From Macrostomum hystrix (Eukaryota > Animalia > Platyhelminthes): a DNA stretch of 64,000 nucleotides. The translations under genes were made by a program, and so were the position numbers. Shown piece by piece: positions 36,301 through 48,300 of the stretch; position 1 is the stretch's first letter, and each line of letters starts with the position of its first letter. The notes beneath the pieces are model-generated. The model was not told where the DNA came from, searched no databases, and saw only the letters and a list, made by a program, of their open reading frames with translations. The stretch is taken from contig CATNEN010000003.1 of assembly GCA_950097015.1 (NCBI GenBank), positions 13,640,001 to 13,704,000 of the forward strand, in the 5' to 3' direction.

Positions 36301-39300
36301 CCAATTTGTCTAATTTTGCATGGCTACCAAATTGAACAATTATATTGCATACTTAGCAAAATTTATCAAGCACACACATTTATTAAGATTATTATCAGCT
36401 TATTTGTTTTGCAGCTTCTATTTTGACAAAAAATTCTGAATTGTTGCTTTTACAAAACTAGCGCAAAAGTTATCAGACTTTGTTTCTCGTAAATAATATG
36501 TAGGTGCAGCGCCAGCAGCAGCAGCAGCAGCAGCAGCTAGAAATGGTTCCATGGTTCCATGGACTAATTATTCTTTTGTTGAAGACCTATTCTCCGACTT
36601 GTTACTTCGACCTGGTAAAATATTAAATCGATTCGGCTTGGTGACAGGTGTAAGACAGTTTTGAGTGACAGGTGTAAGACAGTTTTGAGTGACAGGTGTA
36701 AGACAGTTTTGAGTGACAGGTGTAAGACAGTTTTGAGTGACAGGTGTAAGACAGTTTTGAGTGACAGGTGTAAGACAGTTTTGAGTGACAGGTGTAAGAC
36801 AGTTTTGAGTGACAGGTGTAAGACAGTTTTGAGTGACAGGTGTAAGAAAGTTTTGAGTGACAGGTGTAAGTCAGTTTAGAGTGACAGGTGAAAGACAGTT
36901 TTGAGTGACAGGTGTAAGACAGTTTAGAGTGACAGGTGTAAGACAGTTTAGAGTGGCAGGTGTAAGTCAGTTTAGAGTGACAGGTGAAAGACAGTTTTGA
37001 GTGACAAGTGAAAGACAGTTTTGAGTGACAGGTGTAAGACAGTTTAGAGTGACAGGTGAAAGACAGTTTTGGATGACAGGTGAAAGACAGTTTTGAGTGA
37101 CAGGTGAAAGTCAGTTTTGAGTGACAGGTGAAAGACAGTTTAGAGTGACAGGTGAAAGACAGTTTTGTGTGACAGGTGAAAGACAGTTTTGGGTGACAGG
37201 TGAAAGTCAGTTTTGAGTGACAGATGAAAGACAGTTTTGAGTGACAAGTGTAGACGGTTTTGAGTGACAGGTGTAAGACAGTTTAGAGTGACAGGTGAAA
37301 GACAGTTTTGGATGACAGGTGAAAGACAGTTTTGAGTGACAGGTGAAAGTCAGTTTTGAGTGACAGGTGAAAGACAGTTTAGAGTGACAGGTGAAAGACA
37401 GTTTTGTGTGACAGGTGAAAGACAGTTTTGGGTGACAGGTGAAAGTCAGTTTTGAGTGACAGGTGTAAGACAGTTTAGAGTGGCAGGTGTAAGTCAGTTT
37501 AGAGTGACAGGTGAAAGACAGTTTTGAGTGACAGGTGAAAGACAGTTTTGAGTGACAGGTGTAAGACAGTTTAGAGTGACAGGTGAAAGACAGTTTTGGA
37601 TGACAGGTGAAAGACAGTTTTGAGTGACAGGTGAAAGTCAGTTTTGAGTGACAGATGAAAGACAGTTTAGAGTGACAGGTGAAAGACAGTTTAGAGTGAC
37701 AGGTGAAAGACAGTTTTGAGTGACAGGTGAAAGACAGTTTTGAGTGACAGGTGAAAGACAGTTTTGAGTGACAAGTGAAAGACAGTTTTGAGTGACAGGT
37801 GAAAGACAGTTTTGAGTGACAAGTGTAGACGGTTTATGTGACAGGTGAAATACAGTTTAGAGTGCCAGATTGCTTGGCCCTTTTGTCTTTGGTCCTGTTT
37901 CTCTTGTCGTTATCTTTTGTTTTTCCGTGTTAGCGCATTTTTGTGTGTGCTTTTGTGGTGAATTAAGAAATATTGCAAATTTGCAAAGTACAAAGTTGCT
38001 TACGCATTAAATGTTTTATTCGGGCAACTAATTTTTTTGTTGCACGACTCTTTCATACAGGCCTCTCTATAGCAATTATTCATATTGGCCTTCTTTAATT
38101 TATTTCATCTCCAAAATTTGTGTGTTTGTACAAAAGCTTGCCCTAGTCAGTTCAGAAAAACTTTTTACTCTGTGATGGATCGTTTTGAGACGTGATGGTT
38201 GTGAAGGTTGTTTACTTTACCTTAAGTACTCAAAATCGGACTAGTTTTATGCAACGTATTCGTTTAAATTTACTTTTTGGTTAAGTTTCGGTGTAGTTTT
38301 GCTTGTCCCATTGAATAAATTTAAGCTCACTCTTTCAGTGTGCAAATGCGAATTTTATCTCTGAATATTCTCTATCCTAGCCAACCCCTCAGAATTTCTA
38401 CCCTATCTTTAGTGTACATTCTGTATCCTAGCCAACCCCTCAGAATTCCTACCCCATCTTAGATGTACATTCTGTATCCTAGCCAACCCCTCAGAATTCC
38501 TACCCTATCTTTAGTGTACATTCTGTATCCTACACAACCCCTCAGAATTCCTACCCCATCTCAGATGTACATTCAGTATCCTAGCCAACCCCTCAGAATT
38601 TCTACCCCGTCCTCAGTGTACATTCTGTATCCTAGCGTCTTCAGTGTACGCAGTGTCTAATCTAAACCCCCACTAACAATTTCCGTATGTACGCATATGT
38701 TCCTTATCTGTTTTACAAATCCTCAATAATTTGTTTAATTTCTCACCAACAGAGGATTACTTTCCTTCTACCGGCGGCAATTCAGTCCAGCCGACTAGTC
38801 ACCACACTGTTGCTCCTGACTATCACCGTAGAAACTCGCCGCCAATGATGCAACCTCTGCAGCCGCCGCAGCATCATCAAAATATGGGATACGGAAATGC
38901 TGGTCACATGCGGTCCCAGCAGCATCATCAGCCTATGCAGCATAGCAGCAGCGCTCACTACTCATTGGCTCAAGCCGCATCTGGTTATCCCAAGGTAAGT
39001 TAGAAGAAAAGCTGCTAACATTTCTGCCGTTGTGTCTTATCGTCTCAGTGCGTTATTGATATTTAGACAGTAATTTTTATGCGTGTAGCATGTGAAGCAT
39101 GACTAGCTATGTAACTCTAGTTTACAGTTCGATAGACAGTATTCAATCGATATCGAGTGTCCGAATTTATCCGATAATGCTATTGATGTTGTATTTTTTA
39201 ACGATTTTTCCTTCCGAGTTGCACGCTAAGATGTAGCTTCGAGTAGCTTTGAGTAACGTCCGCCTCGTATGTTGGTCATAGTATAAATTTACCACTTATT

Positions 39301-42300
39301 TTTTGCTACTTTCATATTTTCTTCAAGGTTTCCCATCCTTATCATTGCCTTTAATAACCCTTTTAATATTATTCCTAACTTCTACCGCTCTTCCTTTCTA
39401 CCCCTTCCTTTCTACCCTCTTCCTTTCTACCCTCTTCCTTTCTACCCTCTTCCTTTCTACCCCTCTTCCTTTCTACCCCTGTTCAATTCTACCCCTTTCC
39501 TTTCTAACCTTCATCCTTTCTACCCTCTTACTTTCTACCCTCTTCCTTTCTACCCTCTTCCTTTCTACCTCTCTTCTATCCTACCCTCTTCCTTTCTACC
39601 CCTTTTCAATTCTACCCCTTTCCTTTCTAACCTTCATCCTTTCTACCCTCTTACTTTCTACCCTCTTCCTTTCTACCCTCTTCCTTTCTACCTCTCTTCT
39701 ATCCTACCCCCTTCCTTTCTACCCAATTTCAATTCTACCCCTTTCCTTTCTAACCTTCATCCTTTCTACCCTCTTACTTTCTACCCTCTTCCTTTCTACA
39801 CTGTTCCTTACTACCCTCTTCCTTTCTACCCCTTTTCAATTCTACCCCTTTCCTTTCTACCATCTTCCTTTCTACTCCTCTTCCTTTCTACCCCTCTTCC
39901 ATTCTATTCTCTTCCTCTCTACCTTTCTTCTATTCTACCCCTCTTCCTTACTACTCTCTTCCTTTCTATCATCTTCCTTTCTACCCCTCTTCCTTTCTAC
40001 CCCTCTTCTTTTCTACCCCTGTTCTTTCTAACCTACTGCCTCTCTACCCATTTTTTTTCTTACCATCTTACTTGTTTCTCATTTTCCTTTCTACCCAGCT
40101 TGCTTTCTCCTTATTTTCCCTCACTTCTACCCCTAAAGATTTTTCTAATTTTCTAATTTCCTAAATATACCCTCACCATAGCTACTCATCTGCTTTACTA
40201 CTCGCTATCCATTTCTACCCTTCTCCTTTCTACCCCTCCTTCCGCCCAATCTTTATCCCAGTCAGTCGATACTTAAGCTGATACTTAAACCAAATCCCCG
40301 GTTGTCTGTTTGCGGCTCAGAAAACAGCAGCCAAAGTCAGAACACTGTCCTGACCCCCTCAGGACAGTGCTAGAGCCTGTTGATAAACGGTCTAGTCTTT
40401 GCGGCTGGAAATTCATGTCGACGGTTGAAGCAACTCGCGCTGCCTCGCGAAGAGATGAGAATGAGCAGTCAATCATAAGCCTAGTGATCTGCCTTCCGTT
40501 TTCTCTCACTCCCCATCCCGACCTTCATCTCCAATAAGCAGTGAAGAGGGTTGTCTTCCTTATTAGGATGGCATAGGGAGAAAAGTGGACGATAATCCTT
40601 TAGGCCTCGGGATTTTTCTGTAGTTCCCACTATAACTCTCCCCTGACTAGAAGCCCCCATTAGTAGTTATAATAGATGGCTAAATATAGTCGAGAGAATC
40701 TGAGCTTTTGCGGAAAGAATTGGTTGTCTCATTGATTGCTTAGTTTATTTCTATTTCTACTCCTCTCATCTTATTAGGCTGTTAATTGACTAGCTAATGA
40801 GCTATACTCATGTTGGCAATAATTACTTTCTTGATTAGGCGTATTGTTAATTTATTTGCTAATTTTATTCAATTAACCGTAACTTATGAGCACTTTCTCA
40901 TGTATTTTCATCGTAGCGATAAGTTTTTCTGATAATTCTCCTCCAGATCTCACATTTCTCATCTAGATGTCACATTTCTCATCTAGATCTCACATTTCTC
41001 ATCTAGATCTCACATTTCTCATCTAGATCTTACATTTCTCATCTAGATCTTACATTTCTCATACAGATCTCACATTTCTCATCTAGATCTCACATTTCTC
41101 ATCTAGATCTCACATTTCTCATCTAGATCTTACATTTCTCATCTAGATCTTACATTTCTCATACAGATCTCACATTTCTCATCTAGATCTCACATTTCTC
41201 ATCTAGATCTCATATTTCTCATCTAGATCTCAAATTTCTCATCTAGATCTCACATTTCTGATCTAGATCTTACATTTCTCATCTAGATCTCACATTTCTC
41301 ATCTAGATCTCACATTTCTCATCTAGATCTCACATTTCTCATCTAGATCTTACATTTCTCATCTAGATCTCACATTTCTCATCTAGATCTCACATTTCTC
41401 ATCCATCTCTCACATTTCTCATTCGGATCTCACATTTCTCATCCAGATCTCACATTTCTCATCTAGATCTCACATTTCTCATCTAGATCTCATATTTCTC
41501 ATCTAGATCTCACATTTCTGATCTAGATCTTACATTTCTCATCTAGATCTCACATTTCTCATTCGGATCTCACATTTCTCATCCAGATCTCACATTTCTC
41601 ATCTAGATCTCACATTTCTCATTCGGATCTCACATTTCTCATCCAGATCTCACATTTCTCATTCTGGCCTTAACTTTCTTATCTAGATTTTGTTCTAAAA
41701 AATCTCTAAATCTACTATATTTTTAATGTAAATTTTCTAACGGCCTAACAATCGGTCACAAAACAATTGCGTCAACTACAGCCCAGCGTTACTAAGCGCG
41801 CATTCGTAGCCAAGTACAGCTACGACCCGTTCGCCAATTCTCCCAATGATCGACCTGAGGATGAGCTAACCTTATCAGTTGGCGATTATGTCCTTGTTCA
41901 CGGAGATCGCGATCAGGTGAAATTTTATCTAGTCAATAACTATTCTGGTTGCGGTGTTTCTTGGAAAATCTTGTCTTTTCTAATTAACTTCAGGAAAAAA
42001 TCTTGGCTGAAGTATTTTTCGTTTGTAATAACATTTTTATCCTACTCTCAGTAGTGCAGTTTGTATAAAAAAACCTAGGTTTAAAAAACTCTAGTTTATT
42101 TTAAAGTGTCGGATTAATATCGGTTCTGAAAAGTTTCTTTTCAAATGTTGATAAGCTACTTTTTCTTTGATAATAGTTTGCTTGTAAGGTCTCATTTTTA
42201 ACTCTTGGTTTTTTAGAGACTTTGTTTGACTTGTGGTTAAACAGATTTCGTGTGAACTTATTTAAATAAATTGAATTAGCATTGCTACAATAATTCCATT

Positions 42301-45300
42301 TCTAGATCTGTTTTAAGATCCAAAAGAAATCACAAATTTCATAATCAACTTCCCCTTTTATAATCCTACACAGGATGGATACTATTATGGCGAAATGATG
42401 GATGGCAAGAGAGGATATATTCCATCAAACTATGTGGAACCTCTTCCGAGTAAGTGGGATCATTTTGATTTTGTTGCATTTCAAATTTCGAATTTGCGTT
42501 GTCTTTTAAATAAATTCACCTATTTTTTTATTTAAAATTCTGCATTTTACTCTGAATAAATTTCGTATTTCAGTATTTTAACAGTAAAATAGAAAATATA
42601 TGCGTGTACATCGATAGATCTCTAAATTAAATTAACTTTAAGATTGAAAGAAAATTTCCTTCCTATTTGCTTTCTAGATTTACCCTCTGATTGGCCATTT
42701 TAATTTTTCGTCGAAGTTTAATAATAATTTTTAATTTCTTAAATTTTACTCTATAGCTATCGATTGTTGGAGAACAAGCAGAAAAGCAATTTACTTACTT
42801 TCACTTTTTACAAACACAAAAATCGATACCCTGTACTTTTCCTTCTAAATCCGTTGCGAGATCTTATCTATAATTATGGTATTCAAACACCGGCGCACAC
42901 AACTATAAAGATAACAGACCCCCTTGGTTCAGACTGTCGTTTTTCTCGGTTAATTTCCACTTATACACGTTGTACTTTTATCCAATCATTGCGTCATTAA
43001 CGGTACTGATAAGAAACAAATTAAATATCGTTTGTTAGACACAGGCTCGCGTGGAAGGCGTTTCTCGAGTAAGACGGTTTACCTATTTTTATTGTCAAAC
43101 TTGAATATTTTTTTCTTTTGAATACAATATTTAGATTCTCTAATTGCTTTCGTTTCGAGATTATTTGCGGAGATGGGGCTAGAAAATATTTAGGAAACTT
43201 TGCCTTGCCAATTAACGCTTAAAATACAGTTCTTTTCCTTTCGTTTTTCTTAACGGTTTTAAAACAAATATCAAAGTCATTTTTTATTTTTTTAGTAATG
43301 TTTCCTTGTGCACCCTAAGTCGCTAAGCTTCTTGTATTTTTACTTCAAAATTATATTATAGACTTTTAACTGTAGATTATGGTTAAAAATAGAAAAACGT
43401 GTTATTCAGATAGCTACTCAGTTTTAGGTCGTTAGTTTTTATTAAGTTTGTTTCTATCGTTTTCGCGGAAATATGCGGCGCTAAAAGGCCATACCCACCA
43501 CCCCAATTTCCCCCACATAAATTCTAACTCTCTTTACAACCACCTCACGCCAAGACACGCCCACCACCTCATTTTCCTTTCCAAGTTAAATTCTAACTTT
43601 CTCCACAGCCACCTCACGCCAAGTCACACCCCCACCACCTCATTTTCCTTTCCAAGTTAAATTCTAACTTTCTCCACAGCCACCTCACGCCAAGTCACAC
43701 CCCCACCACCTCATTTTCCTTTCCAAGTTAAATTCTAACTTTCTCCACAGCCACCTCACGCCAAGTCACACCCCCACCACCTCATTTTCCTTTCCAAGTT
43801 AAATTCTAACTTTCTCCACAGTCACGTCACTCCAAGTCACACACCCACAACCCTATTTTCCTTCCCCAGTTCGATTTAAACGCCTCTCACAGCCGCTCAG
43901 TGCCCTATCTTTTTTATGTCCATTTGCCGTAAATCTTCCAACACATGTACGAGTTAATTACAACACCTTACCATATTAAAAACCATTTTATTTAGACGAT
44001 GATATCGCCGCGTTTGACGCCGGCTTTGCTAGCTCGGCTGGAATGTACGACTCCGGTCCGAATGCCTACCCAGTCGAGCAGCTGTCTATGGGCGGAACCT
44101 ACTCCTACGAAGAGGAGATCATTCGAGCAGAGGGCTTATCGGACGATACCGTCTCTCCGCCTAGATTCTTAACGCTTGAGCGTCAATTGGCTAGCTCGAT
44201 CGTGATTGGCTGGCGGCCGCCCGCTCACGATCCGACTAGTGTACTAATGCACGATCCTCTGTCAGCCTATCATGTCTACGTCGACGGTAAATTTAAATGT
44301 TCAGTCAATGCTGGCGAGAAGACTAAAGCATTGATTGAAGGCATCAATCCGAAGGAGAGGCACAGAATATGCGTACGATCCGTGACGACTCGCGGCCTGA
44401 CATCCAAGGATCCGGCTTGCACACTGCTCACTGGAAAAGATCGAGACTCGCACCTGGCTCCGACCTATCTGCAGGTGCGCTTGGGGATTACTGTTTAGAA
44501 ACTTTTTAGTTAGGATTTGGGATCTAGAATTAAGGTTTGGATTAAAGATTGAGGATCTTGAATTTAGATTTGGGTTATGGATTAGGGATCTAGAATTAAG
44601 GTTTGGATTAAAGATTTGGGATCTAGAATTAAGGTTTAGATTAAGGATTAGGGATCTAGAATTTAGGTTTGGATTAAGGATTTGGGATCTAGAATTTAGG
44701 TTTGGATTAAGGATTTGGGATCTAGAATTAAGGTTTGGATTAAAGATTTGGGATCTAGAATTAAGGTTTGGATTAAGGATTTGGGATCTAGAATTAAGGT
44801 TTGGATTAAAGATTTGGGATCTAGAATTTAGGTTTGGATTAAGGATTTGGGATCTAGAATTAAGGTTTGGATTAAAGATTTGGGATCTAGAATTAAGGTT
44901 TGGATTAAAGATTGAGGATCTAGAATTAAGGTTTGGATTAAGGATTTGGGATCTAGAATTAAGGTTTGGATTAAAGATTGAGGATCTAGAATTAAGGTTT
45001 GGATTAAGGATTTGGGATCTAGAATTAAGGTTTGGATTAAAGATTTGGGATCTAGAATTTAGGTTTGGATTAAGGATTTGGGATCTAGAATTAAGGTTTG
45101 GATTAAAGATTTGGGATCTAGAATTAAGGTTTGGATTAAAGATTGAGGATCTAGAATTAAGGTTTGGATTAAAGATTGAGGATCTAGAATTAAGGTTTGG
45201 ATTAAAGATTGAGGATCTAGAATTAAGGTTTGGATTAAAGATTGAGGATCTAGAATTAAGGTTTGGATTAAAGATTGAGGATCTAGAATTAAGGTTTGGA

Positions 45301-48300
45301 TTAAAGATTGAGGATCTTGAATTTAGATTTGGGTTATGGATTAGGGATCTAGAATTTAGATTTGGATTAAAGATTGAGGATCTAGAATTAAGGTTTGGAT
45401 TAAAGATTGAGGATCTTGAATTTAGATTTGGGTTATGGATTAGGGATCTAGAATTTAGATTTGGGTTATGGATTAGGGATCTAGAATTAAGGTTTGGATT
45501 AAAGATTTGGGATCTAGAATTAAGGTTTGGATTAAGGATTAGGGATCTAGAATTAAGGTTTGGATTAAAGATTAGGGATCTAGAATTAAGGTTTGGATTA
45601 AGGATTTGGGATCTAGAATTAAGGTTTGGATTAAAGATTTGGGATCTAGAATTAAGGTTTGGATTAAGGATTTGGGATCTAGAATTAAGCTTTGGATTAA
45701 AGATTTGGGATCTAGAATTAAGGTTTGGATTAAGGATTAGGGATCTAGAATTAAGGTTTGGATTAAAGATTTGGGATCTAGAATTAAGGTTTGGATTAAA
45801 GATTGAGGATCTTGAATTTTGATTTGGGTTAAGGATTTGGGATCTAGAATTAAGGTTTGGGTTATGGATTAGGGATCTAGAATTTAGGTTTGGATTATGG
45901 ATTAGGGATCTAGAATTTAGGTTTGGATTAAGGATTTGGGATCTAGAATTTAGATTTGGGTTAAGGATTAGGAATCTTAAATTGACGTGTAGATTAAGTG
46001 TTAGGGATATAGGGTTGAGGTTTGGATTAAAGATTGGGGATCTAGGATTAAGGCTAAATTCCTAAAGGAATTTAGGATTAGGGATCAAGATTATCTGTTT
46101 GGATTAAGGATCAAAAAGCGAGACAAAGATTTGAGTCTATTGGTCTCAAATCGAAATTAGTGTATTAAGTTAATATTTCTATATCTGTGATGTAAAATAT
46201 GTCATTTATGACCATTTCCAGTTGTCTAATGTCACACCTGGCTCAGCCGTGCTGATGTTCTTGCCAGCAGCGTCCAGTCTGCATCACGTTGTCACTGTCA
46301 ACGGCAAAGAGTACAAGCAGTGCCCGCCGGGTACCTACAAACTGCTCATCAGCGGCTTGACTCCCGACACTTTGTACAAGGTGAGGCCGCAAAATATCCC
46401 TATAATTGGGATAAAGTCCACAATTTTCACTGGAAAGGATATAATCCTCAAATCCCACATTGATTGGGATAAAATCTAATCTAACTTTTATTGGGATAAA
46501 ATCTAATCTAACTTTTATTGGGATAAAATCTAATCTAACTTTTATTGGGATAAAATCTAATCTAACTTTTATTGGGATAAAATCTAATCTAACTTCTATT
46601 GGGATAAAATCTAATCTAACTTCTATTGGGATAAAATCCAATCTAACTTTTATTAGGATAAAATCTAATCTAACTTTTATTGGGATAAAATCTAATCTAA
46701 CTTTTATTGGGATAAAATCTAATCTAACTTTTATTGGGATAAAATCTAATCTAACTTTTATTGGGATAAAATCTAATCTAACTTTTATTGGGATAAAATC
46801 TAATCTAACTTTTATTGGGATAAAATCTAATCTAACTTTTATTGGGATAAAATCTAATCTAACTTTTATTGGGATAAAATCTAATCTAACTTTTATTGGG
46901 ATAAAATCTAATCTAACTTTTATTGGGATAAAATCCAATCTAACTTTTATTGGGATAAAATCTAATCTAACTTTTATTGGGATAAAATCTAATCTAACTT
47001 CTATTGGGATAAAATCCAATCTAACTTTTATTAGGATAAAATCCAATCTAACTTTTATTGGGATAAAATCCTCAAATTCCAATTGAGATAAAAAAAATTA
47101 CAAGCAAGCAACCAAGCAAGCATTTCATTTTTAGTATTTGAGATAAAAATACTCTAGTCCCACTTCCTTAAGTCCTTAAGTCTCACCTTGATTAGAAGAA
47201 ATCCCTCAAATCCTACTCAGATTGGAATAGAAATCCTTAAATCCCACCTCGATTATGATAGAAATCCTCTAATCCCACCTCGATTAGGATAGAAATCCTC
47301 TAATCCCACCTCGATTAGGATAGAAATCCTCAAATCCCACCTCGATTAGAATAGAAATCCTCAAATCCCACCTCGATTGGGATAGAAATCCTCAAATCCC
47401 ACCTCGATTGGCATTAGATCCTCAAATACCACCTTGATTGGGATAAAATCTTACAATCTAAAATTGATTGGGATAAAATCCTCCAGTCTAACCATGATTG
47501 GGATAAATCCTCCAATCATTATTTTTTTAAATCCCGAAAAAAGGTTTGCGTCCGCGCCCGCCCCCCGAAAGCAACTGGCACCTCTGTGCCTCTGCTGACT
47601 GCCACTGCGGAGTTCCGCACCACCCCGGGCGGCCTACCCGACGCTCCCCTGGACGTCCAGATTGAGCCTGGTCCGCAGGATCACTCCCTTCTTGTCACCT
47701 GGCTGCCAGTCACCGTAGCCAATTCCGACGGCGTATCTAACGGCGTCCGAGTCACCGGCTACGCCGTCTACGCTGACGGCCGGCATCGGGTAACCGAATG
47801 TCTGGACGCCTACTCGGATCATTGCCTGCTAGCAAGGAACTCGCTGCCTCCGCACACCGCCTTCCTGACTGTGCGAACTGTCGGCACACACAATGGCCAA
47901 ACTGTGGAGAGTCTGGATTCTGATCCGCCCTGCTCGCTAACTTTGTCGGCCGCCAATTCGTCCATTGATTTGCCGCGACCGGAAGATGTAAGTTTTTACA
48001 TTAAGTTAGTAGCCGATATGTTGCGAAAAAAGTGTTTGAAACATTCTTTTTCATCTTGCAAAATTAAAAATCTAATTGAAAGAAAACATGTTTTTGCTTT
48101 AATTGGAATTACTTTAAAACATTTAATTTTCAGATCAAAATCACTTGCCGTAATTTTTGCCCAATCAATCGGGCCGATATGTATCGAAAACAATATATTA
48201 CAGTAAAATAAGCAGACGGTTAAAAGTTATTGTAAAAAAAAGAAAACCATAGAACACAACTAATTATGCTAATATTTTTGTCACAATAATGATCACAACT

